This document shows positions 23,501-32,575 of a stretch of DNA of 64,000 nucleotides, piece by piece (positions within the stretch are counted from its first letter, which is position 1; every line of letters begins with the position of its first letter). The notes beneath the pieces were generated by a model that worked only from the letters and a program-made list of their open reading frames with translations, made no database searches and had not been told where the DNA came from. The translations under genes and the position numbers were made by a program. Origin of the DNA: Cyanophora paradoxa CCMP329. Taxonomy: Eukaryota > Plantae > Glaucophyta. Where the stretch lies: NCBI GenBank assembly GCA_004431415.1, contig QPMI01000143.1:124001-188000 (forward strand). The letters run 5' to 3'.

Positions 23501-24657
23501 AATGTGAAGACAATCTATGATGCCCTTCATCTCAAAATCGATGAGTCGAACATGGATGAAATCGTAGGAGGGAATGCATCTGGTTTGGTAGAATTTGATT
23601 GCATTGTTATTGATGAGATCTGTCAGTTTAAGATTGGAGAACTGGCAGCCCTGGACCACATCATGAATGAGCAGTTCCCAGATAAGGTATACATTGCCAC
23701 AGGTGACCCGTATCAGAACCCACCCATTCAGGATATGAGTGTTGATCAAGATGAGTATTACCTTGATATCCTCCATCGCCTGTTCCCCAACGAATTGTTA
23801 CTCCAAGTGAACAAGCGCCATGAGACTGAGGAAGATCGCAGAAAGGTTGAGCAAATTCGAATTGATTTATTCGAGAAAGGTTTGAGTGTAAGTGAGGTCC
23901 TAGCAAAGTACGGGTTCAAGGTTGTGGACGAATTGGCAAAGACAGATAAAGGCATTGTGTATACAAACCGCAAGGGTGCAGAGGTGAACCTAGCCCTTCA
24001 CAAAATGAACTACGGGATAATGTTTCCATTTATGCTGGCGGGATCAAAGTTGTTGCAAAGACTCGTATTGCAAAGGGTGGGAAGATAGTTCATAATGGAT
24101 TTGTCTACAAGATTGTCAAGCTCTCAAAGGACAGTTTCATTATTGCTGACATTGCCAACAAGAAGGATGAGATTGTTCTCAGCAGGGATGCAGTCAAACA
24201 TTTCGCCCTGGCTTACGCAAACACCTGCCATGTTGTTCAAGGTGATACGATTCGCTGCAAAGGGAACAGGGTAGTCGTGTTCGAAACTGGGGCGCCATTT
24301 GTTTCAAAGAAGTGGCTATATGTTGCTCTCACTCGAACCACAAGGCTGGATGATGTTGTTATTTACCATGATAATTTCGAAATGGCTCACTGGAAAGTGT
24401 GGAAAAGAGAGAATAACGAGAAGATTTCGACTTACAAGGATCAGGACCGAGCAGCAAACAGACAATTCGATGAGCATGATTACATCACATGGGATTGGAT
24501 CAAGCAGCGATATGGGAAGCAGTATGGGCATTGCCTGCGATGCTACAATGCCATGGACTTTGAAGATATTTCGGTAGATCGAATTAATAATGCTGTGGCT
24601 CACATTACCAAAAATTGTTTCCTCTCTCATATTAAGTGTAACTGTGCCGCCCAATAA
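20570..24657 (+). CDS. Divergent PolB - SF1 helicase - HNH-like fusion (~1360 aa; 1-nt frameshift at 24014-24016)
   Basis: PolB-like motifs FDMCKAYP (A), KQILVSAIG (B) and LNTDCVY (C); helicase GSVPGVGKT, IVIDE, TGDPYQNPP and QVNKRH; after the frameshift LAYANTCHVVQG and WLYVALTR; C-terminal CLRC..SVDRINN..H..NC..SHIKCN. Likely start ATG at 20570. Confidence 0.82.
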
Positions 24658-25718
24658 TGGATAGTGTATTATCATTCAAAAAGTATAGGCAGAAACTGAT
24701 TAATGAAAAAGTGAGTTTTGATGAAAAAGAGTTGAAAAAGAAGTTCAAAAACTCAGAACTCCAGCAAATTTACAAGAAACCAAGGAAACCCAAATCGTTT
24801 CTTCGCATAGTGGCAAAGCCTAGATCGTTTCAAATCGATATAACATATTTGAGAGGGTTTCAGACTGCCAACAATGGCATTTTCAAAATGCTTAGTTTCG
24901 TAGACATACTTAGTCGCAAAGGATTTGTTTATCCTTTTAAAAACAGCAGTGAGATCCCGAGCATTTTAAATAGGTTCAAGCAAGAAGCAGGCAAAGTTAA
25001 TGCTCTCTCTGGGGATAATGAGTTTTCCCAGGCAGTATACCGAAATTGGTGCAGTGAACATGGTGTAATGCTATACACAGATGTGGCAAAGGATGACCAC
25101 ATCACAGTAGGAGATAAACTGGGGATAATTGATAGGTTCACTAGGACTTTCAAACAGTATCTCAGAAAATCGATGACAGCAAAGGGAACCACGAAATGGA
25201 TCGATCTACTTAGTGATGTAATTGACTTGTATAATAGCAGTCCCCATTCTGCATTGAAAAATGACTCTCCAAATGCAGTGTATACAAATGAAGATAAACA
25301 GTTATTTATTTACATGAGGGATACTGTTCACAACAATCGTGTAAAGGAGGCTGATACTAATCAAGTGAAACCAGGAGACACAGTTCGAGTTTTGCAACCA
25401 AAGGGATTGTTTGAAAAAGAAGGTGCGCAATTCAGTCAGAAGGTCTACACTGTTGCAAAGGCTGATAGGAATCGTTTCAAAGTGCTTGAAGATAATGATG
25501 GTGAGGAAACAAAAGAAGTGAAGAGGAGATTTAAGAAACAAGAATTGCAAAAGGTGAATAAAGATGATATCATTAAGATACCATCACAAAAACGGATTCA
25601 GCAGGTTAATAAAACGAATAAAGTGAATCGATTGGTAGCAAAAGAAGGCATAAAACCCAATCGGAGTAATGTAATTCGGAGGAGATACAATTTGAGAAGT
25701 GGTTTAACGAAACGCTAA
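24657..25718 (+). CDS. Retroviral-like (rve) integrase, inner element
   Basis: 353 aa; FQIDITY, LSGDNEF, GIIDRFTRTFK, YNSSPHSAL; start overlaps the upstream stop (TAATG). Confidence 0.9.
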   Translation: MDSVLSFKKYRQKLINEKVSFDEKELKKKFKNSELQQIYKKPRKPKSFLRIVAKPRSFQIDITYLRGFQTANNGIFKMLSFVDILSRKGFVYPFKNSSEIPSILNRFKQEAGKVNALSGDNEFSQAVYRNWCSEHGVMLYTDVAKDDHITVGDKLGIIDRFTRTFKQYLRKSMTAKGTTKWIDLLSDVIDLYNSSPHSALKNDSPNAVYTNEDKQLFIYMRDTVHNNRVKEADTNQVKPGDTVRVLQPKGLFEKEGAQFSQKVYTVAKADRNRFKVLEDNDGEETKEVKRRFKKQELQKVNKDDIIKIPSQKRIQQVNKTNKVNRLVAKEGIKPNRSNVIRRRYNLRSGLTKR

Positions 25719-25719
25719 A

Positions 25720-26123
25720 TCATGGGAGACACGGCGGATGAAAAGGATATAACTTCGATTAAATATAATTAATCGAGATTATGATATAACTTCGATAAAT
25801 AAGATTTAAGATATAACTTCGATTAATTCGATTTTTGTTACTGAGGCTTACTGAGATTTAGTGAGATTTGGAATTGGGTTACTGTGAATGGTTTGTTTTT
25901 CTTGGGAATTGTTTTGGAGACACGGCGCATAAAAAAGATATAACTTCGATAAGATATAATTAATCGAGATTATGATATAACTTCGATTAATTCAATGTTT
26001 CTTACTGAGGCTTACTGAGATTTACTGATATTCAAGATTGGGTTACTGGGAATGGTTTGTTTTCTGATTTGTTTTTGATTTTTTCGCGGGTATTTTTTTG
26101 GAGACACGGCGCAGTGCTGAGCT
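25720..26123 (-). repeat. Right TIR of the inner element
   Basis: Reverse complement of 12215-12618; begins just after the integrase stop codon. Confidence 0.95.
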
Positions 26124-27195
26124 CTCGTTTCTTGTTATCAAGGAAGTAGACATTGATAGGTCTACCAATCATCTTCGAAGCTAGATCGTAAACCCTAGAG
26201 TCATTCTTGACTGGGAACTCAAAGCGACTCCAATCGAATTCCTTATCCCACTTATTGTATCGTTTCAATTCAGATCTGTGGTTTCGAATGACATCATTGT
26301 GATGCAAGCCAATCTTAACAGCATGTCGGAAACATTCTTGGTCTTCATTCTTAGGATTGATAACCGCCTTTCTCTTTTCAATCTCTTCTGGAAGAGGGAT
26401 GTAAGAACTTCCTGTCAGAGGTGTGTAAGATAGAATTTGTAGGGTTACTTCAAGAATATTGTGAATCTCTGCGTACTCGATGGCTGTCATGATTTCATGC
26501 AGATCATCCACAGCTTGCCTGACGATATCCGTTAGGTCATTTGCTGGAAGAGCTAGGTAAAAATGCATTGAGCTTGGGTATCTGGTAGCATATTGGTACT
26601 CTCCTGTCCACCTTCCATTTTGCTTCTCCTTGTATTTGTAATTCGCCTTCACTTTGAACTGGAACTTAATTCCATTGTGTCTGTCCAAAGCCTCTTGAAG
26701 TCTTCTATGGAGATCATCCCATCCTATCTTCTCAGTGATAAACCGATGGATTGTGTTAATTAGGTTTTTCTTAGCGTTTTTCCATGTAAGCTCCTCGACT
26801 AGGTGATTCATGGCATTCATTACCTGAACCTGGTTGGCTTCCTGCTTTGACTTCCATTTTTGAACCCTCTCTTGCTTCTTGGACTTCTTCTGCTGATTTC
26901 TTTTGTATTTCTGCACTTCTTTGGTCTTTGCTTGCCGTTTGGCAACATTCTTAGCGGCTCTCTCAGCCCTCTTCTCCTTCTTCTCCTGCTTGCGATACAA
27001 ACGAGGTTCTACAATACCTCTCAGTGTATCTCTGATATCAATCAACTTCGGAATTCTAATTGCTTTGAAAGTGAATTCTCTCAAGAAATAGATATCCTGC
27101 TCTCGGGTTAATTTGTCTTCTACTTTTGCTTGCATGTAGTAGCCAAGAATCTCATCCTGCAAATTCTTCGAAATTCGATTACTTGGTCGAGGCAT
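26124..27195 (-). pseudogene. N-terminal portion of the outer pPolB (terminal-protein and protease-like region)
   Basis: YTPLTGSSYIPLP..KAVINPKNEDQECF..FEFPV..INVY is the Polinton pPolB N-terminal signature; it joins in frame to 12208 when the insertion and one TSD are removed. Confidence 0.9.
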
Positions 27196-27436
27196 TTCTT
27201 TGTTCACTCTATTAATATATACCTACAAAAGTTTTCTTTAAATACTTTTATACTCGCGTCAAATTTTACCGGCAAAACCAAAAGTCTCCAACAAAATATA
27301 TTTAGTCGAGGGCATTCATAAAAATAACAAAGGGTTGGCTCGATCATCGAACTCTAAAAATAACAGAAAGATTTTATTTGTGGTTCCAGCGCGGTTCCCA
27401 CGGGTTTCTCAGAGCAGATCGCGCTGAGAAAAACGA

Positions 27437-27694
27437 TTAACAGAGATATTTCGATTTGCGACCACGGTTAGAATACGGGACACCATAGAGATACTTCACA
27501 AAGCAGACTGCATTGGAAGCATAGAGACGCTGGGAACTCTCAACGATTCTCATGGCTCTGTAACACTCATCAGTATGGTATAAATCACGCATTTGCTTCG
27601 CGAATTTCGCATTATACTTTTTTAAATATTCCTGACCTTTTTCAGTTTTACGATAACGGTAAGTAGCACGCTTCTGAGCCTCACTGATTGGCAT
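27437..27694 (-). CDS. Small basic helical protein, outer copy
   Basis: Near-identical to 20071-20328. Confidence 0.8.
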   Translation of the reverse strand: MPISEAQKRATYRYRKTEKGQEYLKKYNAKFAKQMRDLYHTDECYRAMRIVESSQRLYASNAVCFVKYLYGVPYSNRGRKSKYLC

Positions 27695-27754
27695 GTTGTC
27701 CTTTTCTACTCTCTTAATATATGTTAAGAAATCTTTAAGTAGTTTTTCTGTCTG

Positions 27755-28005
27755 TATATAGCGATTAAACTCCTGTCAAATTTTGGTCCCAATCGCAGAG
27801 CATCCAGTTCTGAAAGAAGATGCTGGAAAAATGATAAAGCCACCGAAACCAAATAGGCTCACTTGTCGGCTGCAAGTTTCTACCACTGAACCCGGTAGAA
27901 CAGGTGATTAAAGTGATATCTGTGGATAATTCACTTCGCTCTACAACGCCTCCATAAAAATGAAGAAGTTTTGAGCCTACGGGATAAGATTGGTTACGTA
28001 GCGCT
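27755..28005 (-). ncRNA. Candidate structured RNA or cis-element, outer copy
   Basis: Homolog of 19755-20010 retaining the same stems. Confidence 0.42.
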
Positions 28006-28042
28006 ACCTATGTTTGAGAAATTATATTATTCAAATTGATCC

Positions 28043-28816
28043 TTAACGGCGATATCCGGGTCTAATACCGAGCTTGGCAAACCCTGAGACCATTGGGGCA
28101 GCATTTGGAATCGAGTTGACTGGATCAGCCTGCGAAGTGGCAACCCGAAGGATCGATTTATTGAGGACCGGCAAATCCGTTTTGTTGGACTCTTGATAAT
28201 CGATGGTCTTTGCAATCAATTCGGCTGGCGATTCTTTTGCAACATGAACAGGTTCAGGGATGACTTCATGGGTTACTTCTGGTTTCTTCTCAACCTTTTC
28301 CTTTGTGATTGGCTGTTCCTTGATCCTGTTTTCGTTTTTGGTCTCTGCTGCGATACCATCAACAAGACTCTTAGCATACTGGTATGTCACAGATTTCAGT
28401 CCACCAGTGGTTGAACGAATAAAGTAGCGGTTGCGATGGTCTTTCTCGGAATAGGTTGAGTAGAGTCGCTCACCACCATCAAGCAGTTTCAGCAGTGTTG
28501 ATGATGAGGCAACCTTGTCCTTTGTCGATGATTTGAACTGTCCTTTCTTGATTCCTCGTTTGGCTCCAGGCATGCGGTTCAGTGGGACTTGATCAACCAG
28601 GGCATTATCATCATTTGAGTTTGAGTAAGCGCAATTGTGTGAGCATTCATGGTCTGGTGAACATTTTTATCGAGATCACCAGTTCCGTATGCAGCGAGTC
28701 CTTTCGATTTCATATGCAGCGGTTCCTTTTGATTTCTTAAACTGTTTCCGTTCTGGTTCCGCTTGCTCAACTGGTTTGGCTAAGAAATTCTTTGGCTGGG
28801 TCTTTCGAGTTGCCAT
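28043..28816 (-). pseudogene. Lys-rich protein, outer copy, 5' part frameshifted
   Basis: ATG at 28816 (MATRKTQPKNFLAKP); a short internal duplication (KKSKG.AAY twice) and frame changes precede the intact 176-aa C-terminal part. Confidence 0.72.
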
Positions 28817-28852
28817 TTGTAATATCGAGACAAATTTATTCTACAGTATTTC

Positions 28853-29752
28853 CTATGACCGTGAGAACGGCAAGTAGAGTCCCTCCAACTCTTTTATGAC
28901 ATTCTTCAATGCTTTCTTTGTCAGATCTTTATCATCTTCCGTAATGAGTTCAAGTGTCATCGACCAGTCAGTGGTAATATCCGTTTCAGCACCATTCCAA
29001 TATGTAAGACGAATTTTTAGCGTTTCAACTTCCACCAAACCATTTTGCTCATGCAATATCATGGAATTATTCGATGAATCGTATTTTAGTAGACTGCCTA
29101 CCGTTTGGTCAATCTCAATTTTCGCAAGGGCTTTATCATCGCTGGTGTTCTTGCTTACATAGTTGCCTTTGAGTGGGTCAACATGAAGAAGGATGTAAGA
29201 ATTGAACAGAAGATCAAGCGGTATAACACTGTCAATGTAGTAATTATAAGTATTTGCTCCAACTGTTACTGGCGAATCGAGCAGGGCAGAAGCATAACCA
29301 TTTTCAGAACTGTCAGGTCTGCGATCTGGGAAACCAAGGAAGTTCGCTAAGATCCGACTTCCAAAGGTGAGGGTAAATGTTGCATCGCACATGAACCTTA
29401 GAAACATGGTAACAGGATCATATGTAACGTAGAAATGGCGAGTATAGGTAGTTCCTGCTGCACCATACACCTGTGAAGCTAATTTGGCATTTAGAAGATT
29501 CACCAAACTATCCGAAGTATATGTCCCTTTTGAAATAGTGTTATTCTTAGTTTTAATTACATCCCCAGCATCATAGGTTCCTGTAATCAAACTTCCATTT
29601 TCGCTGAGATTGTAAATGTTATTGAACATCTCAAAGTTAGTCACTCTGCAGGCTCTCACATTTTGGATTGCATGGGGAATTTTATAAGTGAAGTTCGTTG
29701 GGGTTCCATCATCTCGGTCCCTGGAATCAATATTAAGGTAATGACGCGTCAT
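28853..29752 (-). CDS. Minor capsid (penton) protein, outer element
   Basis: 299 aa; LNIDSRDR motif; homolog of 18036-18923. Confidence 0.82.
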   Translation of the reverse strand: MTRHYLNIDSRDRDDGTPTNFTYKIPHAIQNVRACRVTNFEMFNNIYNLSENGSLITGTYDAGDVIKTKNNTISKGTYTSDSLVNLLNAKLASQVYGAAGTTYTRHFYVTYDPVTMFLRFMCDATFTLTFGSRILANFLGFPDRRPDSSENGYASALLDSPVTVGANTYNYYIDSVIPLDLLFNSYILLHVDPLKGNYVSKNTSDDKALAKIEIDQTVGSLLKYDSSNNSMILHEQNGLVEVETLKIRLTYWNGAETDITTDWSMTLELITEDDKDLTKKALKNVIKELEGLYLPFSRS

Positions 29753-29804
29753 TCTGTTTAATAAAGCATTTTAAAAATTTCTTTTGGTATTTTAAACATA
29801 AGAG

Positions 29805-31031
29805 ATGGCACTCACTGGAACTACCCTTAAGGAACTCCTCGTTACTCCCGGTTCTGATCAAATTTATCTTTCCCCTGGTCTCCAAATCGGAACCAACCCC
29901 AAGTACAAACCATTCCTCGAGCAAGTTCGTCCCCGAGGCAATACTTTTGGCTTTAAGAATACCGCTTACTTCGATCTACCTCGCAAACAACTCCTTGCTG
30001 GTGTTTCACTCTATTTCAAGATTGCCACTGGTGGTGGTGTAGCCTGCACCCTCCCTAATGGTGGTTCTTCCTTTATTAATGAGGTCCGCTTTGTTCATGG
30101 TGGTTTCAAGTATATCATCCCTGGTGACTGGATTACTGTTAACGCTCTGATTGATAATGATCACGCTACCATGAGCAGCATGTATGCTTCTCTCGGTTAC
30201 TTCAAAGAGACAGATCGTGAAAGCACAGATGAAGCAATGGAATACATTGTTAAAATCCCCGCTGCTTTCTGGGATGATGCTTACTTCCCACTATGCACAC
30301 TGGCGGATATGCCAACAATTGAGGTTGATTTCCGTGATGCTGGGATAGTCAAAGTTCCTGCTGGTGGATCTGTTACCTTTGCGGATTGCTCTCTGATCTG
30401 CCAATTCGTAAACATCGCTTCGGCTGAGGCTGAGACACTTTTGAAAATGGCAAATGAACAAGGTGGCATTCGCATTCCGATCACAGAGGTCATCCACAAG
30501 AAGACACGAGCGCTCAAAACCGCTGATGCTGGTGAATCGGTTGAGGTTACACTCGCTAATGTTTCCGGACTGGTTCATTCAATTCTCATGACTGTTCGAG
30601 AGGTGAACAAACTAAATACCTACACTCACTCGGATTTCTGTGGTCATGTATCGGATGTTAAGATCGATCAGTTCCAGATCTTCCACAACAATCGCTCCCT
30701 CGATATCTCCAACAAACCCATTTCTGGTTTCCTCTCGGCTATCAATCACATTCCTTCTCATTACAAGGGTGTTACTGTTGGCAATACTACTTATGGATTC
30801 GAGAATGGAAATATTTACGGAATCGTTCTTTCCAAATCTGGAAAAGATTCGCTTCGGAACAGTGTTATGGGTTACCAGGATTTCTTCAACAGCAGTTCCA
30901 GTTACATGGATCTCACTGTTTCGGGATGCACTGATGCTGCTCCTGTTCAGGTTGATATCTATGCCCTACGACACAATGTTATGGTCCTCAATGGCTACAA
31001 CATTTCTACCCTGAAAGTCTCGAACTTCTAA
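29805..31031 (+). CDS. Double jelly-roll major capsid protein, outer element
   Basis: 408 aa; about a dozen substitutions relative to the inner MCP. Confidence 0.8.
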   Translation: MALTGTTLKELLVTPGSDQIYLSPGLQIGTNPKYKPFLEQVRPRGNTFGFKNTAYFDLPRKQLLAGVSLYFKIATGGGVACTLPNGGSSFINEVRFVHGGFKYIIPGDWITVNALIDNDHATMSSMYASLGYFKETDRESTDEAMEYIVKIPAAFWDDAYFPLCTLADMPTIEVDFRDAGIVKVPAGGSVTFADCSLICQFVNIASAEAETLLKMANEQGGIRIPITEVIHKKTRALKTADAGESVEVTLANVSGLVHSILMTVREVNKLNTYTHSDFCGHVSDVKIDQFQIFHNNRSLDISNKPISGFLSAINHIPSHYKGVTVGNTTYGFENGNIYGIVLSKSGKDSLRNSVMGYQDFFNSSSSYMDLTVSGCTDAAPVQVDIYALRHNVMVLNGYNISTLKVSNF

Positions 31032-31177
31032 GCGCGGTTTCGCCCGCGCGCAACGACCGAAGGAAGTAGATTCTTTTCTTTCGTTAGAGTAGGAAGCGCA
31101 AAAGTAGTAGGGTCGGCATGACAAGCATGCCTTGCATGCGCTAAGGGGTTTATTTTGTTTTTTATCTTATTACTGTA

Positions 31178-31945
31178 ATGGATAACACAGGAATGGATAT
31201 TGATTTGAACGACATCCCAGAGTTTGAGCCTGCAAGAACAGTAAAGTTAAGCACGCGTTTTTTACTTTGCGGGCGCAGCAACTCGGGAAAAACAACCTAC
31301 TGCAAATATCTACTTTATGAACTGAGGGATAAGATCGATCAGATTGTAGTTTTTAGTTCTACTGCATTTACAGGTCAGTTCAGAGATATAACGCATCCTG
31401 ATAATATCTATGAGGAATGGGACGATAATGTAGTAGTGAAACTCATTAGCATGCAAAAGAAACGAATTGAAAATAATGAAAAACGCAACAATCTTGTTAT
31501 TATACTTGATGATATGATCGGTTCCAATTTAGATATGCATAATTCGGCTGTGTTATCTAAACTGATCACGACAGCCCGTCATTATTCGATTACAGTAATT
31601 ATTAATACTCAACGTTTATGCTCTATTTCTACTACAATTCGTCGAAATGTTGAGTTCGTAGTATTTTTCAATATTCTTGGGAATGAGAAGGAGTTTAACT
31701 GCGCTTATGATGAGTATAATGGGGGTCTTGATAAAAAGACCTACAAAGAGTTACATAAAATGTGGGGTTACAATTACCAAACAGTCATAACTGGATTGCA
31801 AGGGTATGATATCAAAGTATACACAGACCGCGCAATATTAACAGATGATGATATGAAAGGCTTTAAGAAGTTTGTTAAGAGACGAGCGATAAAAAAGAGA
31901 GAATCAATACGAATTAGTAATGAACCCACAACAATAACGGTTTAG
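31178..31945 (+). CDS. A32-like packaging ATPase, outer element
   Basis: GRSNSGKT, LVIILDD, ARHYSITVIINTQ. Confidence 0.93.
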   Translation: MDNTGMDIDLNDIPEFEPARTVKLSTRFLLCGRSNSGKTTYCKYLLYELRDKIDQIVVFSSTAFTGQFRDITHPDNIYEEWDDNVVVKLISMQKKRIENNEKRNNLVIILDDMIGSNLDMHNSAVLSKLITTARHYSITVIINTQRLCSISTTIRRNVEFVVFFNILGNEKEFNCAYDEYNGGLDKKTYKELHKMWGYNYQTVITGLQGYDIKVYTDRAILTDDDMKGFKKFVKRRAIKKRESIRISNEPTTITV

Positions 31946-31966
31946 ATAACAAGGAATGTTTGAAAC

Positions 31967-32260
31967 TCATTTCGTGTCCATTGCGTTTTTCAAAATCAAT
32001 TTCCTACGTAATTTACAGCGTGTATGGTTTACATCGTGTCTTTTTTCTAATATTTGTGAGTATTGGTGTGTGTTCATAGTTTCCATGGTAGATAAGAAGC
32101 CTTTCATAAGATTTGTTTTATATTTGCTTGGTAGTTTGTTAACATTTAAACCAGCACTATTAGCGGTTTTCTCAATCAATTTGCTTAATTGTTGCTCATC
32201 TGGAATTATGGGCATATCTTGAAGAATCTCTTCAACATCTTCTGGTATTATGGTGGTCAT
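31967..32260 (-). CDS. Hypothetical protein unique to the outer element
   Basis: 97-aa ATG ORF in AT-rich DNA filling the gap between TIR and ATPase; no recognised domain. Confidence 0.55.
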   Translation of the reverse strand: MTTIIPEDVEEILQDMPIIPDEQQLSKLIEKTANSAGLNVNKLPSKYKTNLMKGFLSTMETMNTHQYSQILEKRHDVNHTRCKLRRKLILKNAMDTK

Positions 32261-32404
32261 TTACAGATCGATATGGTTAATTTAAAAACAGTCGTCATTT
32301 TTTTTGGATCGGTCAAAATTTGATTACGTTTAAAATTGATATAACTTCAATTGAATATAACTAATCGAGATATTGATATAACTTCGATTAAATATAATTA
32401 ATCG

Positions 32405-32574
32405 AGATTATGATATAACTTCGATAAATAAGATTAAAGATATAACTTCGATTAAATATAATTAATCGAGATTATGATATAACTTCGATAAATAAGATTT
32501 AAGATATAACTTCGATTAATTGTGATTGAGAGACTGAGAATTTGTTGAATTCTGATTGGTAAAGACTGAGAATC
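32405..32574 (-). repeat. Right terminal inverted repeat of the outer element
   Basis: Reverse complement of 7284-7453; abrupt return to GC-rich DNA after ~32580. Confidence 0.92.
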
Positions 32575-32575
32575 A

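Larger units (their letters stand above)
12215..26123 (+). mobile_element. Inner (nested) Polinton-like endogenous virus, 13,909 bp
   Basis: Ends 5'-AGCTCAGCAC...GTGCTGAGCT-3'; 404-bp TIRs; CTCGTT direct repeat at 12209-12214 and 26124-26129; encodes ATPase, MCP, penton, polymerase-helicase and integrase. Confidence 0.96.
7284..32574 (-). mobile_element. Outer Polinton-like endogenous virus (~11.4 kb once the nested element is removed)
   Basis: Sharp GC-to-AT transition; 170-bp inverted repeats at 7284-7453 and 32405-32574; encodes rve integrase, pPolB, penton, MCP and ATPase. No TSD found, so the true termini are uncertain. Confidence 0.9.

Noticed and set aside
26032-26123. C-terminus of the 391-aa ORF (ELSTAPCLQK..)
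   Set aside because: It is read-through into the inner TIR; the true continuation is at 12208 and below.
15918-31945. Assembly artefact (fold-back duplication) or a single element with giant inverted repeats
   Set aside because: The arms differ by many synonymous and gene-specific changes, and the TSD plus in-frame pPolB restoration explain the structure as nesting.
32332-32339. Mimivirus-type AAAATTGA promoter
   Set aside because: It is on the wrong strand for the adjacent 97-aa ORF and overlaps a degenerate iteron.
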